Below are positions 27,481-37,662 of a stretch of DNA of 47,984 nt, in pieces. Within the stretch, counting starts at the first letter, position 1, and every line of letters starts with the position of its first letter. Position numbers and translations under genes: made by a program. The notes below the pieces were generated by a model. That model was not told where the DNA came from. It searched no databases and worked only from the letters and a program-made list of their open reading frames with translations. The DNA comes from a virus (lineage: Duplodnaviria; Caudoviricetes), in the IMG/VR virus record IMGVR_UViG_3300032227_002079, positions 1 through 47,984 of that record; one strand, written 5' to 3'.

Positions 27481-28985
27481 GTCAATAACCCCTAGTCAAT
27501 TTTTCGCTGCGCAAGCTCCGCTCAAATTGAACTAGGGGCTTGGTTTGATTTAACAAACCTTTAGCAGAAGATTGATGGATTGCTCCAATCCTTATTCTGC
27601 ATGGCGTAGTGACCACACCACTATTGAGTTTAGAGATTAAATCTCTATTCCCTGTACTTTTAATTCCAATTCCCAATGCGCCATTAACATCGGCATTCAG
27701 AATAATACCAGTAGAACTTTTAAAAAGCCCTCTTTTTATTCTTTTGCCTAGATATTTTTCTTGGTGGCACATAGGTTCATTGGCAAGATGATCACACTTA
27801 CTTGTATAAGCTTCTTGGATTGTTTGAAATCGAATTCCATAATATTCACATTTGGCTTTTAGTTTTTGGACAAATTTGCCAAAAGGAATTTGAGTGAAAT
27901 TCTGATTGTTTCTCTTTCCAAGATTACAACCATCTTGTGCTGTCCAACCTTCGCCTACACAAATATGACCAACTTTGTTGAGCAAGCAATATTGAACAAT
28001 TAAGTTGCAATATTGATTCATATACTCATTAAGCTGTCTGTCCCTTTTGTAGGATAGATTGGAAAGTCTTTGACTCCACTTTTTCTTTTGATGGTCAAGA
28101 ATGCTTTGCAAATGTGCTTTGGTTTTGTTGAAGAATCTGTTAATTGATTTGACTTCTTTCCCGTCTAATATAAACGAGAAGCCAGATTCCATGTCCAAGC
28201 ATGTTGCAAAGTTAGTGACACCAACATCAATTGCTAAAGTGTGGTCTTGGTTTAAATCATGTTTTTCTCCTTCAACTTGATAAACAAACTCAATTTCAAA
28301 AAACTTCGCATTATTCTTTGGAAGAATACGAACTTCTTTGATTTCTTTTCCAATTACATTCTTGGGAATTGGATATTTAAATTTCTTAAATCCAACTTGT
28401 TCTTGCATATCCTTTGGAACAGACAATACAAAATACTCTTTGTTTTGATTTTTTCTTATTGGAAAAATCAAAAGCGAATAACCATCTTTGTTTTTGTATC
28501 TTGGCAAGTTTGCTTTGCGATTATAGTTACCAGCTTTTTTCTTTTGCAGCAATCCAAAAAAGCTTCTAAAATCTCGTTCAACTATTTTCATAGTTTGTTG
28601 AGCAGGATCGGAAGGCATCGATTGATAACATTCTTTTGTTTTTAATACATCATATACTTTGTTGTAGTTTAGGAATTCACCACAATTAAAAAAGTGTTGT
28701 CTTGTTTGATAAAGTGTTTGGTTATAAAGGTCTTTAGATTTACGGCAAAGAGTCTTCAGGAAGAGATATTCTTCCTTGGTAATCTTCAGCCGATTCTTTT
28801 GAACTTTAAACATCATACAATTATATACGCACCAAATTAAAAAAGTTCATAAAAAAATATTGAAAATAATTTTTAGACTTAGTTTTTTAATTTGTTTCTG
28901 CATCTTGGTTTATACATATATTTTAAGGAGGGCGCATTCCTCCCCGACCCTAAAGAGGTCGGGGTTTCCTGCGCCGAAGACAGCT
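27481..28985 (-). mobile_element. non-autonomous IS200/IS605-family (IS1341-like, tnpB-only) element
   Basis: Left-end hairpin 28931-28975; right-end hairpin 27489-27538 followed by TTATTGAC; tnpB inside; no target duplication; excision restores the host ORF. Confidence 0.85.
27482..28816 (-). CDS. tnpB: RNA-guided endonuclease TnpB
   Basis: N-terminal LC..SK.LYN; RuvC motifs LAIDVG and NADVNGA; E.YTSK. Confidence 0.92.
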   Translation of the reverse strand: MMFKVQKNRLKITKEEYLFLKTLCRKSKDLYNQTLYQTRQHFFNCGEFLNYNKVYDVLKTKECYQSMPSDPAQQTMKIVERDFRSFFGLLQKKKAGNYNRKANLPRYKNKDGYSLLIFPIRKNQNKEYFVLSVPKDMQEQVGFKKFKYPIPKNVIGKEIKEVRILPKNNAKFFEIEFVYQVEGEKHDLNQDHTLAIDVGVTNFATCLDMESGFSFILDGKEVKSINRFFNKTKAHLQSILDHQKKKWSQRLSNLSYKRDRQLNEYMNQYCNLIVQYCLLNKVGHICVGEGWTAQDGCNLGKRNNQNFTQIPFGKFVQKLKAKCEYYGIRFQTIQEAYTSKCDHLANEPMCHQEKYLGKRIKRGLFKSSTGIILNADVNGALGIGIKSTGNRDLISKLNSGVVTTPCRIRIGAIHQSSAKGLLNQTKPLVQFERSLRSEKLTRGY

Positions 28986-29533
28986 ATGAATTCATCTGCC
29001 CATTTTGTAGCTTCATGAGGCGTTTTGAATCCAAGTTCTTTTTCTGTCCACACCTCGTATTGTAAATTGTTTTGATTACAATAATCTTGTCCATCTGATA
29101 ATTGTAGAGCTACCCTAGATTTTATTTTTTTATCTTTGCTATTAATCATTCCTTCAGGCTTTACTTCAATTATTTTATTGTTGTTTATGATAAATTCTGC
29201 ACATCTAGATCTTCCATTTATAACATATGTGTGACCATGATCATAGGTAACAACGCTGCTTTCTTCTTCAAGAATTAATATGGCTTTTAATTCGTAAGAC
29301 GATTGAAAAGGGACATTTTTGCCAATCTTTATGCTTGGATACAAACCCCGTCTTCTGCTTTTGTGAGGAGAAGCCTTTGCATTTTGCACAGCAGTTTTGT
29401 TAGATAAATTTTGTTTTAATTTTTGACCTTTTTTACTCTGCCATTTCTTTTTAGCAGCAGCAGACATATTTGCTCTGGCTTTGGCGCTTTTAGCCCACGG
29501 ATTGTTTTGCATACAGACTCCAAATTTAAACAC
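28986..29533 (-). pseudogene. 5' half of a TnsA-N-like PD-(D/E)xK putative homing endonuclease, interrupted by IS
   Basis: SSYE, IIEVKP and VWTEKEL motifs with a basic NUMOD-like N-terminus; the annotated ORF runs on into the IS left end. Confidence 0.7.
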
Positions 29534-29582
29534 TTCAATTTTGACTTTAGCACAAAATTTTAAAAAATCAATATCAAAAAAT

Positions 29583-29615
29583 AAAAAAAGAGCCCCGACC
29601 TTTCAGCCGGGGCTC
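29583..29615 (-). terminator. intrinsic terminator of the major capsid gene
   Basis: GAGCCCCGGC-TGAAAG-GTCGGGGCTC followed by TTTTTTT on the minus strand. Confidence 0.85.
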
Positions 29616-29646
29616 AAGTGATATCAGGTGATATCAATTGCTATGC

Positions 29647-31098
29647 CTAGACAACAAAATTAGCAATTGATAGACGGGCATAGAACTTAGCCCCCTCACG
29701 TAATAATTTTTTTCCATATCTAGTAAGTATTCCTTTGCGAGGACAAAAGCTTTCAGGATCTAGCACAACTGGTGTTTGTGTTAGAGGAACATATGGGCAG
29801 TAGAAATAACCGCTATCCATATAGCTATCACCCTTATATCCCATGAGAATCTGGTTGGTTGGGAATAGTGGGTCCTTGTAGAGGCGGTAGCGATTTGCTA
29901 CAGTGCCTACATACTGAACGCCTAGGCTGCTTGTGAAGGTTTCAGAAGGAGCAGGAGCGAAGCCAGCGGTAGCTGTTTCGAAGATTGAGGCGACTTCTGG
30001 GCTTGTGACCAAGAAGTTAGCACCGCCACGCAATGTCTTTCTGTGGATGACATTGGAGACTTCAACGATCTTAACATAGAGGGCTTCGTACTTTTCCTTG
30101 ATGGTATCACCGAGGGCGGTAGCGAGGTCCCAAGCAGCGACGGTGCCTGCGTTATTGCGGAGGTCGGTGAGGACTTCACGGTCAATTTCGAGGTTAATTT
30201 CTTGAGCTAGGATGCCGGTTAGTTCGGCTTCAGCGTCAAGGTTGTGTTGGCTGCGTAGGTCTTGTTGGGCTTCGTAGCTCCATACAGCCTTTAGCTTACG
30301 GGTTTTAGCAGCGATCTCTTCTGATTCAATAACTAGATTGATTTCAGGGAGGTCTTGGTTGCATTCCATGTTGTACTCGTAGGAGAGTACGGCGTAGCTA
30401 TTAGCGCCACCTGCGCCAGCGTTCCAAGCCAACTTGAGGTTTCCTGTATTTAGGTCAAGTGAGCTACCGGTAGCTACTGGGAAGGCAGCGGGAGCGCCGA
30501 TTAGGCTGAAGGTGAAGGTTCCGCTTGATGCTACGACGAATGTAGCGACAGCGACACCGTTGTAGTAAGAGGTTCCTGTTACGGTTCCGGCTAGAACGGG
30601 TGTGTGTTCTACTGAGCCGTAGTCAACGACAGCGGATGCTGCTGCTGGTAGTACTGGGCTTGTTTCGTTTTGGATGAACTGGCTGCTGTAGAAGATGCTT
30701 AGGTTAGCATCGCCGTTTGCAAGCTGTTGGAGTGAGTTAGCGTCATCTCCAGGGAATCCGCCGTTATTATCAGCACCACGGATATAGCCCTTATTGGAGC
30801 TGTAGCGGAAGCGGAGATAATAGACCAAGCCGGTTGGTCCGAGTAGTGGCTGGACGCTAACGATTTTGTTAGCGATTAGCTGTGGATAAATTCTGCGGAC
30901 AAGAGGAATAGAGATTCTCTTGAATTGTGCGACATCGCTAGAGTCTGTTGAAACTTCGTTGATTAGTCTCTGGTTCTCAAGGAGAACGGCAGTAGATGAG
31001 CGGACATAAGGATCTTCAATACCTTTGAGGATACCTGTCTTACTCCAACGGGTTTCAAGTTCTCTAGCTTCGTTTAGAAATCTAGCATTAGCGTTCAT
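29647..31098 (-). CDS. gp23: T4-like major capsid protein (gp23 family)
   Basis: AVLLENQ, LVRR, VQPL.GPTGL, AKTRKLKA.WS.E..QDL...H..DAEAEL, EINLEIDRE, GYFYCPYVPL, TRYG. Confidence 0.97.
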   Translation of the reverse strand: MNANARFLNEARELETRWSKTGILKGIEDPYVRSSTAVLLENQRLINEVSTDSSDVAQFKRISIPLVRRIYPQLIANKIVSVQPLLGPTGLVYYLRFRYSSNKGYIRGADNNGGFPGDDANSLQQLANGDANLSIFYSSQFIQNETSPVLPAAASAVVDYGSVEHTPVLAGTVTGTSYYNGVAVATFVVASSGTFTFSLIGAPAAFPVATGSSLDLNTGNLKLAWNAGAGGANSYAVLSYEYNMECNQDLPEINLVIESEEIAAKTRKLKAVWSYEAQQDLRSQHNLDAEAELTGILAQEINLEIDREVLTDLRNNAGTVAAWDLATALGDTIKEKYEALYVKIVEVSNVIHRKTLRGGANFLVTSPEVASIFETATAGFAPAPSETFTSSLGVQYVGTVANRYRLYKDPLFPTNQILMGYKGDSYMDSGYFYCPYVPLTQTPVVLDPESFCPRKGILTRYGKKLLREGAKFYARLSIANFVV

Positions 31099-31121
31099 AT
31101 TACAATACCTTTCGTTGTGAT

Positions 31122-32045
31122 TTAGTTAGTCTTCTTTACACCAGAAAGAACTAGAAGCTCGTTTACGACACCGTTTGTGTTATCGTTGAATTCAGCGATA
31201 ACTTGAACATTTTCGGTATCGGTGTGTCCTCTCCCACTTGCGTTCTTTGTCTTTGCAACTCTTGCATTCTGCTCAGCGATTAATTGAGCTTTTTTGGCAG
31301 GCTTAGCTAGAGCGGCTGTTTTAGCTGCTGGAGCTGGGATTCTGCTTTCGGTCATCATGGCAGCCTTCTTGGACTCATGTAGACGGGTATTGTCTGTTGA
31401 GAGTCTGATGTTTCTAGCTTCCATAATTCTTAGCTGACCTTTTAGCTCTTGGATAGCTTTTGAAGCTTCTTCGAGTTTCTTTGATGTTCCGAATGTTCTC
31501 TCTTCGTCGGAGAGGTAATCGGAAGCGATGTTAACGATCTTATCTAGAGCGACTTTGTGCTCGAGTAGTCTTGGATCGTTAATAAGGTCACGCTTGGCTT
31601 GTTCGTAGATTTCAGAGCCTTTGTGTTGTAGGAACTGATCAACTTTTTCTACGATGTAGTTTTTCATTTCAGCTAGTTTGCTGTCATATTCCTCGTAGAG
31701 GTTTGTTTCGACAGTAGCTTTGCTATTTTTCTCATTGACGAGCATTTGGTAGGCTTCTTCGTAACCTTCTTCTAGAGCGGTTTCGAATTCTTCCTTTTGG
31801 ACACCTAGGCGACTATTTAGGTCGTTGATAATTTCGTAAGCTTCTTGGTAGCCTTGGTAAGCTGTTTTTTCGGCTTCTGATAGTTCGCCGGAGAGTTGGC
31901 TGTAGGCTTCTTCAAGGTTCTTATTGAATTCGGCTTCCATTTCGGTTTTAGCGTCTTCGATCATTTCAGCGACTGCTGATGCGACTTCGTTGACTTGGTC
32001 GGATGGTAGCATCTTCTTAAGAGCTTCTGTGATTTTGTTTTCCAT
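31122..32045 (-). CDS. prohead core scaffolding protein (gp22-like)
   Basis: Acidic coiled coil located between protease and capsid genes. Confidence 0.8.
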   Translation of the reverse strand: MENKITEALKKMLPSDQVNEVASAVAEMIEDAKTEMEAEFNKNLEEAYSQLSGELSEAEKTAYQGYQEAYEIINDLNSRLGVQKEEFETALEEGYEEAYQMLVNEKNSKATVETNLYEEYDSKLAEMKNYIVEKVDQFLQHKGSEIYEQAKRDLINDPRLLEHKVALDKIVNIASDYLSDEERTFGTSKKLEEASKAIQELKGQLRIMEARNIRLSTDNTRLHESKKAAMMTESRIPAPAAKTAALAKPAKKAQLIAEQNARVAKTKNASGRGHTDTENVQVIAEFNDNTNGVVNELLVLSGVKKTN

Positions 32046-32047
32046 TA

Positions 32048-32716
32048 TTATAACCTCTTCAAAATGTTATTTGTTTGTTCTTTAACGATGCCGCCCAAGC
32101 AAGCAATTAAAGCATCTTTGTTAACTTTATTTATGCTTGAGCCTTCATTTTTTACTGGATCATCTGTAATTTTTTGATTGACATATTGTCTATATTCAGA
32201 TTTACCAGAAATTTTTTGTTGAAAAGCGGCGAAGGTTGAGGGGTCAGCAACAGCGTCGAAGGTGATTAGTTTGTAGCTTTCACCGATGACTAGTATGCCG
32301 TTCTCATTTACTTTTCCGTTTCCTACTCCTCTTGAGCTAATTCCAACTCTGACACCATCATTGATGAGTGCTTTGAGTATTTTCCCATGAGGGGTGTTTA
32401 GGATTTCTCCTTCACCCATCATTACATTTCCTTCCCACCATAATTTTGTTATTACATGGGATGCTTTCTCGAAGTGAATTATTGAATCTTCAGGGTGATC
32501 TAATTCTCCAACAAGTCCTCTTGCTTTTACGCATTCATTCAGGGCTTTTACATTAGATTCAAGAACTGTGAATGGGTACATTCTTTTGTTCTTGTTTACA
32601 GCTTCAGCTTCCTGGAATTTTCCACGGAAAGTTGTCAGACCGCTGGAGGAGGACTCATTTAGGTTTAGGGTGAGTCCTCCGTTCATGCAGCAGTCGATAA
32701 GTAGCAAGTCGCTCAT
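32048..32716 (-). CDS. gp21: prohead core protease (gp21 family)
   Basis: N.N.R.Y, GELDHP, TPHGKI, GISSRG.G and FDAVADPS motifs. Confidence 0.95.
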   Translation of the reverse strand: MSDLLLIDCCMNGGLTLNLNESSSSGLTTFRGKFQEAEAVNKNKRMYPFTVLESNVKALNECVKARGLVGELDHPEDSIIHFEKASHVITKLWWEGNVMMGEGEILNTPHGKILKALINDGVRVGISSRGVGNGKVNENGILVIGESYKLITFDAVADPSTFAAFQQKISGKSEYRQYVNQKITDDPVKNEGSSINKVNKDALIACLGGIVKEQTNNILKRL

Positions 32717-32740
32717 GTTTCTCCTTGGTAAAATTTAAAC

Positions 32741-34519
32741 TCACTCAGAGGATTTCAAGTGTCTCAAGCTATCTTGCATTGTCATTCCGTCTGCTGGCAG
32801 ATAGGGATTTTTTAGTGATGGGAAGACATCGGCACCGGAGTATTTGGTGTATTCCTTGTCATCATCAATGCTCTTTTCTCCGTGGATTTTGAATTCACCG
32901 GCTTTGGGGGCGTAGGGATTTTCCATATTTGGGAAAAGGTCTTTGCCTTTCATATCGGTGAAGTATTCTTCGGAGCCAGCTTTTACATTTTTGCCATCGC
33001 TAAATGGGCTGGTCTTATATGGACCGGTGTGTTTGCTAGGAATTGCATCGCTCATAGCGGCATTCTTAGCTAGCTGTGGGTTGTCACCTATATCGGAGAC
33101 GTGAGGGGTAGCTACTTGCCATGTTGAGCCGTCTAGGCTCATGCTGGCTTCGCTGACTGTTTGGAGGTATAGAGCAGCTTCTTCAGCGATGCGTACTTTG
33201 TCATTTTCTTTGCCGTCGATGACCATTTCGACATCATTTAGAATAGAAGCGGTTTCAGCCTTTGTGGCTTCGTCGCCCATTCTTTCTGCTGTGCGGTATA
33301 CTTCGGTTAAGCCACGGTATAGGTCGCTGAAGATTTGTGTTTCGACATGGAGATCACCTTCAGCCTTTTTGAGTGCTGTTTCGGCAACTGCTGCGAAGTC
33401 GGAGTAATCATTAGCTTCGGAGAGTTTGCCAACGCTGGAGCAAATTCTGCCTACATTATCGGTATAAGCCTTGTGGGATGTTCTGAGTACGCCTTCGGCT
33501 AGGAACATGCATGTATTGTCATCAAAGTTTGTGGCACCGGAGTTTTCTAGTGTAATTTTGATGTTTGTAGCTAGTTCGCTTTCTGTGAGGAATAGTAGTT
33601 GTGGCCAAGCGGCTGCGATATTTTCGAAGGCGTTTTGGAGGGAAGCGTTATCAGATAGAGCGTTGAATCTCTTGATATCGGTTACAGCCTTTACCCAGTT
33701 TCCTTCACGGACAACCATTTTGGCTTTTTCACGATTTTCTTGGATATAGCGATTATGTTTTTCGGTTTGTACTTTAAGAATAGCGCCTTCGTTTCTTAGT
33801 CTGCTGGAAGGGATTCTTACAGAAACAACATTTCCGTGGGCATCTTTCTTTACATGTACATCGTTGTAAACATTTCCATTTTCCTTGAAAGTGATATATT
33901 CAAGGACATTATTTGATAGTAGGCTAAGTGATTCTTTCTTAACTTTTGGCATTTTGCTGCCGACTTTATCGAGTCTGACCTTGTGTAGGTGGTCCTTTTT
34001 CTTCTTTCTCTTCATTTTGCTTGACTTGTTGTCATCGCAAGAATCGTCGGACTTCTTAGATTTTTTGTCTTTGAATGCTTTGAGCCAAGGGGGCATTTTG
34101 CCACCTTTTTTAACTTCGTTTATTGTTCCTTCTTTTAGTTCTGCACGAAGCATAGGTGTGGCGAAGTATTCTGAGAAGCTTACGGAGGCTTCTTGTAGTT
34201 TATCTTCTAGGATATTATCAACCATCTTCTCTAAGGAAGACCTTAGATTTTTGCGAGTTGTATCTTTATCAACTATTAGTTGTTCGATATTTTCTAGTAG
34301 AATTCTATCATCAACAATTTGGTAATTTGCATAAACAAAATCGCCGTTGTTATTGATAAATGTTGCGTTATCTTCGTTAACGCAATATAGATCAAGGAAT
34401 TGTTGCCCTAAAACATTGGCGAGAATTTCTGTTGATTCTGCCAATTCTTTTTCAGAGTTTGTCACAGAGTTCTTTTCGAGTGCCTTGAAAGCATCGAAGT
34501 TGATAAGTTTCTTCTTCAT
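32741..34519 (-). CDS. large putative prohead core protein
   Basis: 592 aa between portal and protease; contains a Lys-rich KKGGKMPPWL segment. Confidence 0.55.
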   Translation of the reverse strand: MKKKLINFDAFKALEKNSVTNSEKELAESTEILANVLGQQFLDLYCVNEDNATFINNNGDFVYANYQIVDDRILLENIEQLIVDKDTTRKNLRSSLEKMVDNILEDKLQEASVSFSEYFATPMLRAELKEGTINEVKKGGKMPPWLKAFKDKKSKKSDDSCDDNKSSKMKRKKKKDHLHKVRLDKVGSKMPKVKKESLSLLSNNVLEYITFKENGNVYNDVHVKKDAHGNVVSVRIPSSRLRNEGAILKVQTEKHNRYIQENREKAKMVVREGNWVKAVTDIKRFNALSDNASLQNAFENIAAAWPQLLFLTESELATNIKITLENSGATNFDDNTCMFLAEGVLRTSHKAYTDNVGRICSSVGKLSEANDYSDFAAVAETALKKAEGDLHVETQIFSDLYRGLTEVYRTAERMGDEATKAETASILNDVEMVIDGKENDKVRIAEEAALYLQTVSEASMSLDGSTWQVATPHVSDIGDNPQLAKNAAMSDAIPSKHTGPYKTSPFSDGKNVKAGSEEYFTDMKGKDLFPNMENPYAPKAGEFKIHGEKSIDDDKEYTKYSGADVFPSLKNPYLPADGMTMQDSLRHLKSSE

Positions 34520-34694
34520 TTAATTACTCCCAATAAAGTCCTTATAACTTACAAATTCATTTCAAAGTTTACCCAAACAAGAGCAAACCGTTTATTAATA
34601 ATAAGAATATCTATGCAGATAAACTCATTTTTTAACAAAAATTATTGTTAATTATTATATAGCAAGTGTTTTATAATTTTGGTAATATATATTT

Positions 34695-35081
34695 TTGAGG
34701 TGTAGCATGAATGTGTTTAAGTGGTTTAAAAGTTTTTTTACAAAAAAGGAAGACAAGAAATTATCTGTTTATCCTCCTTTGAATTACGATATAGAAAACA
34801 ATAGGATTACTGCAAATTTATTGCAGATTGCTGGTAGTTTATCATCTAGTGATATGAAAGTGAATTTAGAAGGCAGGTTAGAAATATCTGATTATTACAA
34901 TGATGAAAATACTCAATTTTTTGAGTTTATTAATGACATATCTATTTTGAATGAAGATGGTAAAGAGCCTGTATTAGTAAAGACGATACAGAGGTTTACG
35001 ATATACAGAAACGAGCAAGGAAGGTTTGTTAATATTGAGATAGGACAGCCTATTAAAGTTAAGAAAAAGTTTTATTCATAG
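34695..35081 (+). CDS. hypothetical protein inserted antisense in the head module
   Basis: GAGGT RBS before MNVFKWFK. Confidence 0.55.
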   Translation: MRCSMNVFKWFKSFFTKKEDKKLSVYPPLNYDIENNRITANLLQIAGSLSSSDMKVNLEGRLEISDYYNDENTQFFEFINDISILNEDGKEPVLVKTIQRFTIYRNEQGRFVNIEIGQPIKVKKKFYS

Positions 35082-37600
35082 TCTTCTGAATCAACTTCTT
35101 CGATATCTTCTTCGGCTGCGTAGTTCATGATTCTCATATCATATTTTTCAATATCTTCTTCGGAAGCTTTTGGAATAATTTGTGGTGATTTTTGTGTTGG
35201 TTGTTGTTCTGGGATTTGATTTGTTTCTGGGGACATATCTGGCGGAGTTTCTCCTGATTGGACATCTGGAGATATTTCTTGATTTGGACCTTCTGGTGTT
35301 GCGCCTATTTCTTGGGGATTTTCTTCATTTTCATCGGCTGGCACACCAACGCCGAGTAGGGATGGATTTTGAGCCATGATTTGAAGTTTTGCGTCTTCTA
35401 TTTTTTGCATTTTCATTCTACCGACAAGTATTTTTGTTTCGGATTCAGAGTATTGCATCCATTTGTTTAATATGTCGTAATCGGAGAGTAGTGCTGAGCT
35501 TTTGAGGCTAGATGCGTTTGTAATTCTTGCTGTGGTTATTTCGGCTCTGCTGAGTTCTCTCCATTCGGATGGTGCTGTCATACGAACTTTGAGATCTTCA
35601 TATGATTCGGGTGGATAGCCTCTTAGTCTTAGGTGTCTATTTGCAATTTCCCACATACCATCTTCGTATGGTGCTTGTAATCTTTCAATTAATCTTGCTA
35701 CTCTTACATCTTGTGCGGATAGGGTAATTTTTGTTACTGCTGCATCTTCGATATTGAAGTAATTTTTGGGGAATTGCATGGCTGTAAAAACTCTATTTCT
35801 GAAGTAGACAGCGTCATCAATTTCGCCTAAGTTTTGGGCACCTGGCAGTGTTTCAATTCTTGTGCTTGTATTTGGTCTTACGGGTAGCCAGTAATCTTCA
35901 TCAACTGCTGGTGCGTGATATCTTTCTTCTACTGAGTTTGCTCCTTGGACTCCGGGTCTATTGGTTGATATTTTTTTCTTTCGGAATTGATCTTTCATTT
36001 TTTCAACGAAAGCTTCTGCTTTGAAGGGTGGTAATTGTCCTACATCGATATAAAATACTCTACGTTCGGGGCTCCTTGACAATCTATATACCAGCATAGA
36101 GTCTTCCATTAGTCTGAGTTGGTGAGCTGGTCCTCTGGCTGCTTCAACCATGCTTACGCCATAGGGATAGAAGGTTTTTCTATCGTCGCCAATTTTCATA
36201 TGGACAACTTGTTCTGGTGCGAATCTAATTGCAGTTGCCTGCATAATTTCTTGGTCTGTAGATTGTGTTACAGGGGCTCTTGTTAGGCTTTGGTAGTCTG
36301 GTCCTTCTTTAGATTGCTGGAATTCAACTACTTTGCCTTTGGTGGTTTCTATGCGATACATTGATTCTGCTGGTAATTTAGTAAGTTTTAGTATGCCATC
36401 GCCGGGATTGTCGAGGGATATTACTAATTCGTAGAATAAGTCTCCGTAGAGTAATAAGCTTTTGAAATCTGCCCAAGCTCTGCGGTTTACATTTAGCATT
36501 GATTTGTGGAAGAAGAGGAATTCCAGTTCTTGTTTTACATCATCATCTTTTGTTTCGATTTTGAATATATTGCCATCTGAATCTTTTTGGCAATTGTGAA
36601 CTACTAGGGAGTCGGTGCAAAAATTGTGGTGTTCTTCTACTGTTAGGTCGTATACTGGTTGTTCTTTCCCAGGAAGAACAGATAGTACTTTTGCAGAGTC
36701 TTTGTAGTTCATTTGGAGCCAGCGAATTTCTCTATTGTTCCATCCTTCTTTTTTCATTCTATTTTGAACTGTTCTCCAATCGCAATCTATAGTTGCTTTT
36801 ATTTGGGTATTTTTCATTCCTGATGATAAAAGACGGCAGTAATAATTTACATTTTGGTATTTTTCTAAATCTTTTCCATTTTTATATTCTTCCAGTAGTT
36901 GTCTTTCGTGAATCCATCCTTTGTTATGGCTATAGATTCTTGGGTATCTTTTGATTGGAACTTTGTTTAGAAAGTTATTTGCTTCTATTTTATAAAAAGG
37001 CATAAGTTCATCGCCTTTTTTTATTTCACCGGCGTGAATCCATTCTCCGTTTCTTTTTAGAACACGATGATCTGGTGTGCATTCTAATCTTTTGCCATTT
37101 TTGAGAATGATTATAACTGTTTTAGCTATTTTTGTTTGTCTTGGAGAGTGTGCCCATCCGAGAGTAAAATCTTTTTTAGTAAAATCGTAGCAATAAACTA
37201 AAAATTTCTCATCTGGATATTTTTTAACTAAATCTCTTAATCTGAATATACCGAATGGTGTATTTACTGGGGTGTGTCCGACTAAGCAAGCTTCGTCAGC
37301 GAAAACATTTAGTGCCATTTCGATTTCTGGAGTGCTTCTTAATCTTTCATATTCTTTGTATCTGGACTGTCTATTTGTTACTGTAGAAAGATCGATAAAA
37401 TCATTTGATTCTCTTAATCTGATTAGTCTTGAGTCGGATCCGCTCCAAAAAGAGCCATCTGGACTTAGTGTTGGAATGGAGTCTGGTTGGGAGATACCAG
37501 CACCAACAACATCAGAAGTGTTGAGTGTTTTAGCTAATGGGTCATTTGTGAAGGCATAGCTATATGTTTTAAAAAAGTCAGCCCATAGTGGAGTTGGCAT
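35072..37600 (-). CDS. gp20: T4-like portal protein (gp20 family) containing an intein
   Basis: QLRLMEDS..VYRLSRSPERRVFYIDVG.LP..KAE, EDYWLP and I.TLPGAQNLGEIDD..YF motifs. Confidence 0.95.
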   Translation of the reverse strand: MPTPLWADFFKTYSYAFTNDPLAKTLNTSDVVGAGISQPDSIPTLSPDGSFWSGSDSRLIRLRESNDFIDLSTVTNRQSRYKEYERLRSTPEIEMALNVFADEACLVGHTPVNTPFGIFRLRDLVKKYPDEKFLVYCYDFTKKDFTLGWAHSPRQTKIAKTVIIILKNGKRLECTPDHRVLKRNGEWIHAGEIKKGDELMPFYKIEANNFLNKVPIKRYPRIYSHNKGWIHERQLLEEYKNGKDLEKYQNVNYYCRLLSSGMKNTQIKATIDCDWRTVQNRMKKEGWNNREIRWLQMNYKDSAKVLSVLPGKEQPVYDLTVEEHHNFCTDSLVVHNCQKDSDGNIFKIETKDDDVKQELEFLFFHKSMLNVNRRAWADFKSLLLYGDLFYELVISLDNPGDGILKLTKLPAESMYRIETTKGKVVEFQQSKEGPDYQSLTRAPVTQSTDQEIMQATAIRFAPEQVVHMKIGDDRKTFYPYGVSMVEAARGPAHQLRLMEDSMLVYRLSRSPERRVFYIDVGQLPPFKAEAFVEKMKDQFRKKKISTNRPGVQGANSVEERYHAPAVDEDYWLPVRPNTSTRIETLPGAQNLGEIDDAVYFRNRVFTAMQFPKNYFNIEDAAVTKITLSAQDVRVARLIERLQAPYEDGMWEIANRHLRLRGYPPESYEDLKVRMTAPSEWRELSRAEITTARITNASSLKSSALLSDYDILNKWMQYSESETKILVGRMKMQKIEDAKLQIMAQNPSLLGVGVPADENEENPQEIGATPEGPNQEISPDVQSGETPPDMSPETNQIPEQQPTQKSPQIIPKASEEDIEKYDMRIMNYAAEEDIEEVDSEDYE
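36593..37288 (-). mobile_element. 232-aa intein in the portal
   Basis: Starts CLVGHTPV; block B LECTPDHRVL; ends VYDLTVEEHHNF...VVHN followed by Cys+1. Confidence 0.92.
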
Positions 37601-37662
37601 TAATTCACACCTTTGTAATTCTACATTATTATTATAGTTATGCTAGCCAAAGTGAAAAAGAG

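Noticed and set aside
27481-28985. IStron (group I intron plus TnpB)
   Set aside because: Only ~170 bp, mostly AT-rich, lies between the left end and tnpB; too short for a group I core.
28910-28985. C-terminus of ORF 28910..29533 as annotated
   Set aside because: These residues are read-through into the IS left-end hairpin, not part of the ancestral protein.
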